Source: Eledone cirrhosa (Eukaryota). From it: a stretch of 64,000 nucleotides of DNA. The stretch is taken from contig OZ024746.1 in NCBI GenBank assembly GCA_964016885.1, positions 17,856,001 through 17,920,000 of the forward strand, in the 5' to 3' direction. Below, piece after piece: positions 1 through 14,560 of the stretch. The notes beneath the pieces were generated by a model. That model saw only the letters and a list, made by a program, of their open reading frames with translations. It was not told the DNA's origin and ran no database searches. Numbering within the stretch: the first letter of the stretch is position 1; every line of letters begins with the position of its first letter. Made by a program: the position numbers and the translations under genes.

Positions 1-416
1 GACTGAACCACAGAAACGTGGTTAGTAAAAGAAGGAAATCTTACGTTTATATCGAAGATGTTCGGACTAGAAACGGTTGCAATACAGACTACAGACATCA
101 TCAGAAATTGCTTTCAACACAGACTTTAATTCAGGAAGCTGTACGACGGTTGTATGGATTACACAGAAACACTGGTTCTACCACCATTAATAATGATACG
201 AACAATAACAATACAAATAGTGGCACCATAATGACTACCACCACCACTAATAATAACAGTAATAATAATACTACTTTAGGACACAATGGCCTGGTCTCTG
301 TTGGGACCGGCAGCTGCTGTACATTACAGCAAGAACGTCAACAACAACAATTACTGTTATTTCAACAAAACAATTTTAGGGACAAATGTGAATTATTTTG
401 CAATCTAACTGTATGA
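1..416 (+). CDS. 3' part of FRAT/GBP-like GSK-3-binding protein (5' end outside window)
   Basis: Frame is open from base 3 to TGA at 414-416. HQKLLSTQTLIQEAVRRL (LIQEAVRRL at 126-152) matches the FRAT/GBP GSK-3-binding motif (LIKEAVRRL). Followed by N/T/Q low-complexity sequence. Confidence 0.65.
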   Translation, partial: LNHRNVVSKRRKSYVYIEDVRTRNGCNTDYRHHQKLLSTQTLIQEAVRRLYGLHRNTGSTTINNDTNNNNTNSGTIMTTTTTNNNSNNNTTLGHNGLVSVGTGSCCTLQQERQQQQLLLFQQNNFRDKCELFCNLTV

Positions 417-629
417 TATCTTTTCACTACATTTTATGCAGACAATTATTTCAGATGTGAGTGTTATACTTACAGACATGCACTTTTACACACACACACA
501 CACACACACATATATGTATATGTATACATACACACACACACACACATACAGAGTTAATCTAAGGACATAATTTATCCGTGTAACTGAAATTGCAGTGAGA
601 CAAATTCGTGTACATGTGCCATTAACACA

Positions 630-672
<43 letters not shown>

Positions 673-1526
673 ATGCGTGTGTGTGTGGTTTTTTTTGTAT
701 ATATTATGTGGTTATGTTGTGTGTGTGTATATATATATATTATATTTTAAATCATTAAAAGGGAGAAAGTTGCTGGTTTCAGTAGCCATGGTAAATATCA
801 GTATGAGCTGCACAACCCGGTTACACTGGTGGCTATATATTACATATATTTGTGTGTGGCTTGACTCATTTTTATATATAATGACTGATTTCTGAATGAC
901 CAGTTTAACTCACAATATTATGCTGAAAGTCTGTCTTATTAAAATAATTTCCACTACAAAAATAATATCTGTGATTTCCAACAAAAATTACATTATTAAT
1001 ATTATTATTGATAATAATAACAATAAATATTTTGAAAAAAAAAAAAGGCAAAAGGTCAGGAAGGAAGAAATAATGTATATTTTGTTGGTAAATATTTTAT
1101 TTAATGTGTAAATTATAGCTGCGTTCTCTGAACGTCAAAATATCCAGTACTTGTTTACTGTCAACTATTTTGGTCCAGATATTATCACCATTATTATTAA
1201 AGTACCAAATGAAGTACCCAGAGTCGATTTTAATCAACTTTACCCTTCCCCCTAAAATTGTTGGCCACGTGCCTAAATTAGAACCATTATTATTATTATT
1301 ATTATCATCATCATACATTATTTTGTCCTTTAAAAATATGTAGATGTTTCCTTTGTCAACAACATCGTAACATACAATACACTCACACATGATAAAAATG
1401 TAAATATGCATTTATAAGTATTTATGTACTTGTATATATATATATATATATATATATGCCTATATAAGTATTTGTGCTTTGTATAAGTGCAAATATGTAT
1501 GCACATATTTATGTACTTGTATATAC

Positions 1527-1575
<49 letters not shown>

Positions 1576-1958
1576 CATATACTGTTACTGAATATTCAAA
1601 AGAAACAATATATTCAAAAAAGTTAACCGATCATTTGAGTTTTGTCTTTGTGTTTATATATATATATTTATTTATATATGTATTTCTACATTTTTCCCGC
1701 AGTTCTCTGTTTGTCTTTGTCTGGTTTGATATGTGTGGGTGGTTAGTCTCCTTTAATATGCTTCAGCGGTCACACCAGTCAGTTGTATCAACAACACATA
1801 TCTTCCACCACAACAAAACTGTTTGTCTGTGTCTAGATTTCTTTACCTTATCAACATCCCTCGTGGTTTTCTGGGAGAAAGGTTTTAGAGAAAATAATAT
1901 ATTTGTTGGTGGGGCGGGGGGTATCTCGCTTTAGCTAAATAAGCCGGCACAGTCTATG

Positions 1959-2190
1959 AAACGAAAGATACCTGCATCATTTTCGTTGTAAATCTTCGAC
2001 TTCAGATTTTTTTTTTTAATTGATAAATTAAGATTCATTTGTTAAAAAAATCCGAATGATTGTACAAATCATTCGTCTTTTTATTTTTTATTGATTTTTT
2101 TTTTTTAAACAAATGAATCTTAATTTATCAATTAAAAAAAAAATCTGAAGTCGAAGATTTACAACGAAAATGTTGCAGGTATCTTTCGTT
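1959..2190. mobile_element. Fold-back / MITE-like inverted repeat
   Basis: ~90-bp arms (aaacgaaagatacctgca... / ...tgcaggtatctttcgttt) with an internal hairpin cgaatgatt...aatcattcg. No clear TSD or hammerhead. Confidence 0.6.
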
Positions 2191-3075
2191 TAGATTTAAA
2201 AAAAAAAATATTAACTCAACAAGCAGCAGTAGTTGGATATGTCTCGTGGGGAAAAAAAAAGAGAATCTTGTCTAAGATTTTCACGTTTTCTGTCCAAATA
2301 TCGGTGTTCTTTTACTTTCATGTTTATTGTCTGCCATTTTATTTACCGAAACACCCCATCTCGGCTTATAATTATATATAAAATTGCGTTTTTATAATAA
2401 TTCAGTATTTCTTGAACATAATAATGAATGCCTCGTGTTAAAAATACCTTTGCTAGCATCCTCCTTTAATCGGTGCTGCCTTATTCCCGGTGACATAAAT
2501 AACTTGGCTGCACACCACCAAACCTTATCACACTCTACTGTTGGCTACTGGAAAGATAAAACGTGATGGTCACGGCCGGAAATAGATCATAGATCTGGTC
2601 GATCTGAGAACAAAAACCGTGATGGTCAAAACTGGAAATATATCAGATCTTATGGATCTGGGGTATATAAACTCAAAACACATTCCAGTAGGAATATATT
2701 TTCTTGTACATATTCCAATCCAAGCTGTCGTTATATATTTATTCACCATACCATCCCTCCGTTACGGTTTTTTAAATTACGACAGTCTCTAAATTGTTAA
2801 AACTAATTAGTGTTGATAATCTATGCAATTACCGGCGTCTCTCTCTCTTTTTAGGAAGTCCTCATATTATTTTATATTTTATGTGGATTTCTTTTTCTTT
2901 TTCACCCCTGCCCCGACTGACTGCTATTTCTAACGGAGAAATTAGTCATAACACAACTACTATAATATATATATATTATAATTTATGTTTTGTGAATGTG
3001 AATGTGTTACATAATTAGATACAAATAATTATGTTACTATTTATCTCTGCCCCTTACTATATATAATATATATAT

Positions 3076-3313
3076 AGTCTGTGGTGCTGGACCGGTGAGA
3101 CCACTAATCATGGAAGTACTCAATGCATGGAGATATGCAGAGTGGTATAGAGATATGTAAAATCCCGATCGCGGCGCCAAGCGGTTTCGGCTTGTGTGTT
3201 CAGCTAGCCTTTTTCAATGATGTCAAATAAATTTATATAATTGGCAGCATGATCCTCCCAAAGTATATCTGTTTCAACACACGTTTTCACAAAAATCTTG
3301 CTATACAAAAACT
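3076..3313. mobile_element. Heterologous back-to-back PLE-like ends between (TA)n tracts
   Basis: Minus strand 3177-3220 has a degenerate hammerhead (TTGAAAA GGCT..AGCC GAAAC). Plus strand 3240-3313 is similar to the tail of the 59.2-59.8 kb element (ATGAtCCTCCCAAAGTAT...TTTCAACACACGTTTTCA). Confidence 0.55.
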
Positions 3314-4082
3314 ATATATATATATATAAAATGTGGCTTCTTGAGGGTATTTTTACCCGGTTTTCTAATGCTATTATATCATTTTCGAATTTTGAATCAT
3401 CCAAGGAACTCGATAAATCAAAGGATTGTATATACATATATATATTAAACAATTGATTTCAAAGTTTTGACGATATATTTCAACAATCCTCAAATAGATT
3501 GACCAGATCCATCCAAGGTGTAATCCGTAGGGTAAATAAATAAATATCTAGGACATTATACGAGTAAAAGAGCCGGAACCTTTTAAATAAATCTAAAAGT
3601 TTAGAAGGAATTTAAGACTTTTAAAAATTTTTTTTTTATTATTATTTCTCTTACGTTTCAACAAACTATATTAGCTGATTGAAGATTTTAATTAAGCAAA
3701 GATTCCAGTGCATGGAACTAAATCCAATCCATTTACTATCCAAGCATATAAAATCAACACATATCTCAACATAAATTTTCCATATCTCATTTAAAAGTTA
3801 GTCTCCCATAGAAAAGACCGTCTGAATAATATCAATATTTAAATCATTAAAACAGGGGACACTAAATTTATATATAAAACTACCGGCGAGTTAATGTGCG
3901 TGTGTATTTATGTATAGGTAAAAGCACAGGTATATTTAAAGATTATTTTTTTCTTTAACCTCACAATGTGTAATTTTATAATTGTTACATTAAATGGATT
4001 TAAATTACCATTTTGATATAATATAATATAATTAATGTAGCCTCAGTCGGATGGTTGGAACAGGTAAAAGAGTATATATATC

Positions 4083-4145
<63 letters not shown>

Positions 4146-4364
4146 GTGTATGTGAATGTGTCTAAAGTTTCATATTTCGAATGGATTGTGAAGTATTATG
4201 GCTGATGTTATTGTTTACAGTTTGTCAGTCTACGTTAACAAGCTGTTTATCAACAAGTCCAGGATGTTATTGACCTCCTCGTCGTCTGTTATTTATGACA
4301 CACCGCCTTCTTATGGCTTCTGACGACCTCCTTAGCTTTCTTGTCCTACTTCACCCACTAAAGA

Positions 4365-4450
<86 letters not shown>

Positions 4451-5800
4451 ATATATATAGATAGATCATGGAATTAGCTGTCGAAACGGCAAGAGCTCAT
4501 CCGTTGAGCCCCAACTCTTGTATGTCCGTACCATCACACTACCTTCCCAGACATACTCGTATATTTAATAAACTACGTCTTTCATCACCTGTTTTTTTTT
4601 CCTGTTGCTGAAATTGATGTATACGAAGCATGTCAAGCAATATCAACTAAAGTCGTCATTAAGTAACAACGATGTCTAATATACACACATATTTAGTTTA
4701 ACAGTTACTTGTAGAAACGCAGTAGCTTATTTGTTTGTCGAAACTTTTGTTCTTGTTTGTTAGTTCATGGTGTTTTATTCCACCATGTTATATTATAAGG
4801 TTTCTAGCAATAATTAATTGATTACATGTATGTACTTCTATTTAATCTTATATAAAAACCAAAATTATTTAATTCCTTCAAAAAGATTACCATGAGTGTC
4901 CCCCGCACCTTTTAAATATTTAAAGCTATTCCTATTGTAATAAAAAAAAATCATTTTATAAATGAAGTACTTCACTTAAATGAATTTTCATAATAGTGCC
5001 TCGTGTACTTTTAGTAGATAATGCTCTAGTAGTCGAAGATGGTGGTGGTAGTGGTGGTTTGTTTTTACTGTAGCTGCCTGTCGTGGCTGAAAACGTGACT
5101 CTTTATCAAGAGTAGATGTGTGTATATATATATATATATATGGTTGTCCCTGTTGTGTGTGTGTATATATATATTTATATATACAATATACAACAGGGGC
5201 AAGCATGTGCTTGCGTTGGTTAGCTAATGCTTACTCTATATAAACATCGACAGATTTTTTTTTTCTCCCTATTAACTTAGGCATTTTCTACCTCACTATA
5301 TTTTTTAACTCCCATCTTTCTATCTCTCTCCGTCTTTTATACCTATCAAGCTGGTCAACAGTTTTTGCAATATATACTCGATTATTTGCCGGTGTAATCA
5401 CTATTACTAAGTACATTTTAATTTTATTATTTATTAGCACAAAGCAATATCTGTTTAATCCAACACAGACCAGACATAACACGCTCATATAAACAAACGT
5501 TACCTCCTACTCCCAACATTTTCTGTTGTTATATTATAATTTCTTTTGGCTCACCGCGTTCTTCTTCAATGGTGTTCTGCTAGGAAATTCAAATTATTTA
5601 CTAAAGTCTCTTTCCTTCACTATACCAGAGACGACAAACTGACCGTTAGAAACAGTATCCTACTTCAAATACTTGTTACTATGATATTTGCTTGTTTATT
5701 TATTGAATCAGAAAAATTAATTTCGCAGTCTAAATTTTTTTGTTATTAATTTCTGTAAATAGCAAAATCTTTATTAAAAACTATATTATCATTATTATTA

Positions 5801-5968
5801 TGGCTGTGGATTGGCAAAATCGGTAGGGCGTCGGACATGCTTTGCGACATATAGTTGCAACCCATTACCCTCTGATTTCAAATCCTGCCGAGGATAGCTT
5901 TCGATAAAATAAAGTACCAGTAATGCACTGGGGTTGACTTTGCCCTTGTGCCTAAATCAGAAACCATT
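5801..5968 (+). mobile_element. Degenerate SINE (CORE-like)
   Basis: tRNA-like head and ttcaaatcctgccgagg...gataaaataaagtaccag core. Related copies at 9255-9435(-), 34120-34270(-), 39880-39990(-), 45170-45270(-), 63015-63090(-). Confidence 0.55.
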
Positions 5969-6488
5969 CTTATAACTGGAAATCGTCGTGATATTGCCAT
6001 ACTAAATGCAGTATAGTATTTCTTATTACGCTGGGTTGTATTCCCGTGAGAATTAATTTTGTTTATGGTGTCCTTGTTATAGCTAATGGAAATACCAGTA
6101 ATATACGGATGTGGATTTTATTCTATAAATACTACACCTATAACATTGTCTCTGATACCAAATAGGCAACTATTGTAGTAACATATTTGATCAATTATGC
6201 TCTTCCTCCAAAAATGTTAAATTATTAATAGATTACTAATTTACATATCTAATATAAACAGGCAGAATATGTGCGCATATATATATATATGTGTGTGTGT
6301 GTGTGTTCATATCATTTAACACCCATTTTTCCATGCTGATGTGGTCTCACATATGATCTGTTTTAACATGGTTTCTGGAGCTGGATGCTCTTCTTATCAC
6401 CAAACCTTAACAAAGCTGCGTTTGTGGTTTATCATCAAACATCTGATTTTTCATGCTTGCATGGGTAATATATATATATATATATATA

Positions 6489-6720
6489 ACACCAAAAGTA
6501 AACAAAAATAACAAAGCTAACAACACAGTACAATGAAGAAATATATTAGTTTAACACTTGATATAGAGGAAAAGCGTTTTTATGTTTCAGACACTCGTCC
6601 TTCATCAGAAGATAGAATGAGAAATAAAAGAAAATAGAAAGAGAGTGAGAAATTGAAAGAATGTAAAAAAGATCTTGAGAAAAACCTGTGTATTTTGTCG
6701 GCCATTTTGGATACAGAAAT
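6489..6720 (-). mobile_element. Hammerhead-containing dispersed repeat (family B), copy 1
   Basis: Minus strand TCTT CTGATGA A GGAC gagt GTCT GAAAC at 6577-6612. The 3' end abuts (TA)n. Similar to copies at 19450, 21858 and 30575. Confidence 0.6.
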
Positions 6721-7169
6721 AAATAGAGAGTAGAAATAACGCCATTTACAGAGAATACTGCTTTCTAATGTATGAATGAAAGTCTTTTAGACCCCACCTC
6801 CTCTCCATCCATGTTCCATGAATTCTAAATATAAAATTTAGAACGTTTTTGAGAGATTATAGCATTCATGTGTGGCAAATAGAACAAAAAAGGGTACACA
6901 TATAATATAGCATCTCATATTAGAATAGACACACTGTATCTCTGCATGTTCTAAGAGGTGACTAAAAGAGTTGGTGCCAGGAAAGGCTTCCATAAAACAG
7001 TGCTTCAAAAAGGACCTCAGGATGAGTATAACGATATATGAGCAGGGAACAACTTGAAGTACTTTGTGGAGGTCCCAACCCCCTCTAGTCAATACTGAAG
7101 ATGGCGAACCCAGTTGAAACGAGAGAAGTTCAGTCTATGTTGACCAAGTGGCTAATGTTCCTTGTGAAG

Positions 7170-7910
7170 ACCAGTATATGAGGTTTGAGGTGTGGAATGT
7201 AAGAATGATGGCAGTACTAAATAGAAGAGAGGACGTGTGCAGGAGACAAGATGGAAGGGATGTGCTCTGAAAATTGTGAGAGGATGACAAGGGTGTCTGG
7301 AAGGTATTGGTGTCTTGATTTCTCTAGAGTTTGTTCACTGAGTGAAAAACTGGTTATTGGAAAGTTCTTGGTGAACATCTCAGGATACACCTCACAGGTA
7401 GGTCAGGGAAATACATATTTTCATGAGCAATAGAGAAGATGATTGGAAACATGAAAGACTAGGACAGGATTTGAATAGACATGTGGGAAGGAGTATGGAT
7501 GGTTTCGTGGGAGTAGACGAGTGCTCTAGGTATGGTGTAATGAATCAAGAGGGTGAAAGGATTTTGGAGCCGAGATACCAATCTGTAAGACCCAGTTCCA
7601 AAAAGAAGACAACATTTTTTTATGTACATGTCATGTCAGGTGGGTTGTCGGCTACCTGGTTGGTGAGATAGGAAGAACCTTCTTGACTTGAGGGTGAAAA
7701 GTAGGATGAGAGCTCAATGGAAGAAATATTAACCAGGCATGAAGGTAATCCCAGGGGAAGAGGTTGTGACTTAAGGGTGAAAGCTGGGAGGAGAGCTCAA
7801 CCAAGGGTGAAGGTGTGGAGGTTAAAAAAGGCAACAATAAGGGAAGCTCTAAGTATGTTAGATGACACAAATGAGAGTGCGTGAAGCCTTTGAAAGAGTT
7901 TATTAGCTTG
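7170..7910 (+). pseudogene. Degenerate RTE LINE endonuclease (APE) remnant
   Basis: Broken frames with WNV, DLNRHVG and YGVMNQEGERILE, similar to the N-terminus of the 55.5-58.5 kb RTE ORF. Confidence 0.65.
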
Positions 7911-8874
7911 TCTGTCATGTATTTATTGACTTTTTGGTATAAGGTTTCGCAAAAGGCTAGACAACAACAAAAATATATAAATAAATAAATTTAACAAGTA
8001 AATAAAAAAATACTCTGCAGCAGTAAGATTGCAGCTGCAACCATGAGATTAGGAAGAGAATTTCTTAACCACACAGCCATATCTGCACCGATACATTGAT
8101 TAGATGTTAATTCATCCTTTGTGCATTTTTGTTTTAATCTTCATTGTAACAACAGGTCTCTGAACTACAGACACCCTTTCATTAAGTATTTAGCTTTAGA
8201 TTAACCAGCTTATTGTGACATATTTTAAGAATAAAAATTAATTGTGTCAAATAATTTTAAAATGTAAAATCTATTTTAAGAATATAAGACCGTTATTGCT
8301 TCAATCTGTCCACAAAACCCTTAGCAAATATCCTAAATGAAACACCAACATGCACTCATGACTTCTGCTAAACCAACCCACGATCCACTCCTAATATAGT
8401 TTTCTTGAGTGATTATATTTCACACAAAACTCTCAGATTTTCTTGTCTGTCTCCTTTTCTCTATCATTTTTTTTTTGTTTCTTTTGCCCTTGCTAAACTC
8501 TACTGAAAATAAATCAAGATAATTTATATAAAGATTTCACTAAGTTAATTCATATATATATAACACAGCAGCTGTTTTTGTTTTCAGAATAGAATAAATG
8601 AGTTGGAGATAATTATAAGGAGTGTCATAAATCATGTAATTCTGTTTAGAGTCAACATCCTTTATATAAACACCATGGTCGTGAGTCCTCTCTCGTGAGC
8701 CTAAATAATAATATACCTCCCACACAAACAAATTGCATATTTGTTAGTAGCTCTACTCCTAAAACTATTTTATGAATGATGAAGTTTTTTTTGTCAGAAA
8801 GTTAACTACAACCAAGCCAGCTCTAGATTTGTTAGTGCTCTGGACAAGCAGAATTTTTGTGACCTTTATAAGTA

Positions 8875-9197
8875 CAGGTATTCCTTGGCTTACGTTGTTT
8901 CGAGTTTTCTCATTTTCGAAGATACAACACAGTTTTTAAAAATATTATATGACAAAAATAAACCTTGCGTTTTGTCGATTGACTCAATTTTACATTGGTC
9001 TGTGAAAAATATTAAGCCATAACCCCACCCCCCTACACACACAATAAAATCATATAAAATCACATTTAAATAAATGATAAAATATACAGCATAAAATAAT
9101 GTGGGAAAGGTCTATTATTGTTTTAAAAGGAGTTTAATTTGACGTGCACTATTTTTTAACTTAAGTCTTAATTAATGACGTATATGAGGTATACCTG
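8875..9197. mobile_element. Tigger/pogo-like MITE
   Basis: Imperfect TIRs caggtattcct / aggtatacctg, with TA on the left flank. Confidence 0.45.
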
Positions 9198-9482
9198 CAT
9201 AATTAATTTTTTCAAGTTTTCACAAGAAGTAAAACCTATAAATGTAAGAATAATTGTTTCTACTTTTGGCACAAGGCCAGTAATTATCTCAGTGCATTAC
9301 TGGTACTTCATTTTATCGACCCCGTAAGGATGAAAGGCAAAGTTAACCTCGGCGAGATTTGAACTCAGAACGTAAAGGGTTGTAACTTTATGCTGCAAAG
9401 CATGGCATCCGACCCACGCCCGATACTGCCAATCCATGTAAGAATAATGTGTTTATTATGATATATTAAATATAGGAATAAA

Positions 9483-10390
9483 ATGTGACCAGTGACAGTC
9501 CAACATCTGAACCTGTAGATATATATTAAACTAAGATTTGAACCATGTGACCAGTGACAGTCCAACATCTGAACCTGTAGATATATATTAAACTAAGATT
9601 TGAACCATGTGATCAGTGACAGTCCAACATCTGAACCTGTAGATATATATTAAACTAAGATTTGAACCATGTGACCAGTGACAGTCCAACATCTGAACCT
9701 GTAGATATATATTAAACTAAGATTTGAACCATGTGACCAGTGACAGTCCAACATCTGAACCTGTAGATATATATTAAACTAAGATTTGAACCATGTGATC
9801 AGTGACAGTCCAACATCTGAACCTGTAGATATATATTAAACTAAGATTTGAACCATGTGACCAGTGACAGTCCAACATCTGAACCTGTAGATATATATTA
9901 AACTAAGATTTGAACCATGAGATCAGTGACAGGCCAACTTCTGAACCTGTAGATATATATTAAACTAAGATTTGAACCATGTGATCAGTGACAGGCCAAC
10001 TTCTGAACCTGTAGATATATATTAAACTAAGATTTGAACCATGTGATCAGTGACAGTCCAACATCTGAACCTGTAGATATATATTAAACTAAGATTTGAA
10101 CCATGTGATCAGTGACAGTCCAACATCTGAACCTGTAGATATATATTAAACTAAGATTTGAACCATGAGATCAGTGACAGGCCAACTTCTGAACCTGTAG
10201 ATATATATTAAACTAAGATTTGAACCATGAGATCAGTGACAGGCCAACTTCTGAACCTGTAGATATATATTAAACTAAGATTTGAACCATGTGATCAGTG
10301 ACAGTCCAACATCTGAACCTGTAGATATATATTAAACTAAGATTTGAACCATGTGACCAGTGACAGGCCAACTTCTTAACTTCAAGATAT
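9483..10390. repeat. 62-bp minisatellite, ~14.5 units
   Basis: Unit atgtgaccagtgacagtccaacatctgaacctgtagatatatattaaactaagatttgaacc; the same register recurs at 9485, 9547 and 9609. Confidence 0.95.
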
Positions 10391-10717
10391 GACATTAAAA
10401 TTCAGAACCATTAAAAAATAAGTATAAATTAATCCTAAAATCAGTAACTATAGTAACAAATTTCTAAAAGATTTCATTAAAGCCAAGATCATATGAATAA
10501 TGGCTGAAGATGTTCTAGTTTTTGATGAATTTGTAAATTATTTTGTGTTTTTTTTAAAAATAAGATATAAATTTTTCATGTAGTCAACAAATTTCATCTG
10601 ACAATATTTCCATCCAGAAGCAATGGAAGAAAAAGGAACATTTTTTTTCAAGATTGCAGTATTTGGCTAAAATCTCCTGAGTAATGAGGAAATATTTTGA
10701 AAATAAGATAATCTATA

Positions 10718-10836
10718 TACTCCTGGGTTCCAAATAATAGAGAGTGGGGTGGAATAAGTGGGGGAGTTGGAAAAAAAAATCTGAAAAATTAATAAGGTTC
10801 GGGGGGGGGGGGGCGATTATTCGAGAGCTGAGAGTA
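10718..10836. mobile_element. Small MITE-like element
   Basis: Imperfect termini tactcctgggttccaaataat / attattcgagagctgagagta. Confidence 0.35.
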
Positions 10837-11350
10837 ATTTGACAGCAAGTTATCTCAGTTGATAAAAAAGAATGGAGAATAATATTTTAAAAGAATAGTT
10901 ATCTACTATGGTGATCAGATTTAGATTTTAGTTGAATAACCTAAGTATAAATATGACCTAAATTCTATCAGAGATAAAAAAAAGATAACTAGTTGGTTTC
11001 CTGGAGCAGCCAACTTATAAAATTAACATTGAAGTGGCTCAGTATTCTACAAATATGTGTACACTTAATGTAATTTTGGGGGAGATTCAGTGACACTGAG
11101 AGACAAGGTTAACCCTTATAATTTTCAGGTCCATCTGATGAGCTTCCAAGCAGTTCCCATCTACCCAGTTTCATTCACAAGGCTTGGGTGGTCATGGGAC
11201 AATGGTAAAAGACACTTGCCTAAGATTTAATGCAATGGGAACTAATCTGGTGTCTCGTGATTGCAAAATGAACTTATTAACCATTCCACGATACTGCATC
11301 TATTCAAACATAGTCATGTAGCCTAAAACTTGGGGAGAGGAGAAAAGTTG

Positions 11351-14300
11351 GAATACTATATAGAACTATACCAATATATAGGATATTCCTATATTATATA
11401 GAACTATACCAATATATAGGATATTCCTATATTATATAGAACTAGACCAATATATGGGATATTCCTATATTATATAGAACTATACGAATATATGGGATAT
11501 TCCTATATTATATAGAACTATACCAATATATAGGATATTCTTATATTATATAGAACTATACCAATATATGGGATATTCCTATATTATATAGAACTAGACC
11601 AATATATGGGATATTCCTATATTATATAGAACTATATCAATATATAGGATATTCCTATATTATATAGAACTATACCAATATATAGGATATTCCTATATCA
11701 TATAGAACTAGACCAATATATGGGATATTCCTATATTATATAGAACTATACCAATATATAGGATATTCCTATATTATATAGAACTATATCAATATATAGG
11801 ATATTCCTATATTATATAGAACTATACCAATATATAGGATATTCCTATATTATATAGAACTAGACCAATATATGGGATATTCCTATATTATATAGAACTA
11901 TACCAATATATGGGATATTCCTATACTATATAGAACTATACCAATATATAGGATATTCCTATATTATATAGAACTATACCAATATATGGGATATTCCTAT
12001 ATTATATAGAACTAGACCAATATATGGGATATTCCTATATTATATAGAACTATACCAATATATGGGATATTCCTATATTATATAGAACTATACCAATATA
12101 TAGGATATTCCTATATTATATAGAACTAGACCAATATACAGGATATTCCTATATTATATAGAACTATACCAATATATAGGATATTCCTATATCATATAGA
12201 ACTATACCAATATACAGGATATTCCTATATTATATAGAACTATACCAATATATGGGATATTCCTATATCATATAGAACTATACCAATATTTAGGATATTC
12301 CTATATTATATAGAACTATACCAATATATTAGATATTCCTATATTATATAGAACTATACCAATATACAGGATATTCCTATATTATATAGAACTATACCAA
12401 TATATTAGATATTCCTATATTATATAGAACTATACCAATATTTAGGATATTCCTATATCATATAGAACTATACCAATATATAGGATATTCCTATATCATA
12501 TAGAACTATACCAATATTTAGGATATTCCTATATTATATAGAACTATACCAATATATAGGATATTCCTATATCATATAGAACTATACCAATATATAGGAT
12601 ATTCCTATATCATATAGAACTATACTAATATTTAGGATATTCCTATATTATATAGAACTATACCAATATATGGGATATTCCTATATTATATAGAACTATA
12701 CCAATATATAGGATATTCCTATATTATATAGGACTATATTATATAGAACTATACCAATATACAGGATATTCCTATATTATATAGAACTATACCAATATAT
12801 AGGATATTCCTATATTATATAGAACTATACCAATATATAGGATATTCCTATATTATATAGAACTATACCAATATATGGGATATTCCTATATTATATAGAA
12901 CTATACCAATATACAGGATATTCCTATATTATATAGAACTATACCAATATATAGGATATTCCTATATTATATAGAACTATACCAATATATGGGATATTCC
13001 TATATTATATAGAACTATACCAATATATGGGATATTCCTATATTATATAGAACTATACCAATATACAGGATATTCCTATATTATATAGAACTATACCAAT
13101 ATACAGGATATTCCTATACTATATAGAACTATACCAATATATAGGATATTCCTATATCATAGAACTATACCAATATATGGGATATTCCTATATTATATAG
13201 AACTATACCAATATATAGGATATTCCTATATTATATAGAACTATACCAATATATTAGATATTCCTATACTATATAGAACTATACCAATATTTAGGATATT
13301 CCTATATCATATAGAACTATACCAATATATAGGATATTCCTATATTATATAGAACTATACCAATATATAGGATATTCCTATATTATATAGAACTATACCA
13401 ATATACAGGATATTCCTATATCATATAGAACTATACCAATATATAGGATATTCCTATACTATATAGAACTAGACCAATATATAGGATATTCCTATATTAT
13501 ATAGAACTATACCAATGTATAGGATATTCCTATATTATATAGAACTATACCAATATATAGGATATTCCTATATTATATAGAACTATACCAATATATAGGA
13601 TATTCCTATATTATATAGAACTATAGCAATATTTAGGATATTCCTATATTATATAGAACTAGACCAATATATAGGATATTCCTATATTATATAGAACTAG
13701 ACCAATATATAGGATATTCCTATATTATATAGAACTATACCAATATATAGGATATTCCTATATTATATAGAACTATACCAATATATAGGATATTCCTATA
13801 TTATATAGAACTATACCAATATATGGGATATTCCTATATTATATAGAACTATACCAATATATAGGATATTCCTATACTATATAGAACTATACCAATATTT
13901 AGGATATTCCTATATCATATAGAACTATACCAATATATAGGATATTCCTATATTATATAGAACTATACCAATATATAGGATATTCCTATATTATATAGAA
14001 CTAGACCAATATACAGGATATTCCTATATTATATAGAACTAGACCAATATACAGGATATTCCTATATTATATAGAACTATACCAATATTTAGGATATTCC
14101 TATATTATATAGAACTATACCAATATTTAGGATATTCCTATACTATATAGAACTATACCAATATATGGGATATTCCTATATTATATAGAACTAGACCAAT
14201 ATATAGGATATTCCTATATTATATAGAACTAGACCAATATACAGGATATTCCTATATCATATAGAACTATACCAATATATAGGATATTCCTATACTATAT

Positions 14301-14360
14301 TGAACTATACCAATATATAGGATATTCCTATATTATATAGAACTATATCAATATATGGGA
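11351..14360. repeat. 38-bp minisatellite, ~79 units
   Basis: Unit gaactataccaatatataggatattcctatattatata (starts 11363, 11401, 11439). Internal inverted repeat ATATAGGA-tat-TCCTATAT. Confidence 0.97.
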
Positions 14361-14560
14361 TTGTTGGGTGAAGAAGTGCCAGGAAATGTCAGTGGAAGGA
14401 AGCCACTGTAGAGGTAGACCAAGAAAGACCTGGGCAGAGGTAGTGAAAGTTGACCTTAAATCACTGTGACTCACAGAGGCGATGACAAAGAATCACGATG
14501 TCGGGAGAAATGCTGTACTGAGAAGGACCCACACAAGCAGGGAAAAGCAGACATAAAAAT
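14358..14560 (+). mobile_element. RTE LINE 3' remnant
   Basis: Encodes DCWVKKC and RGRPRKTWAEVVKVDL, similar to the RTE C-terminus. Confidence 0.75.
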
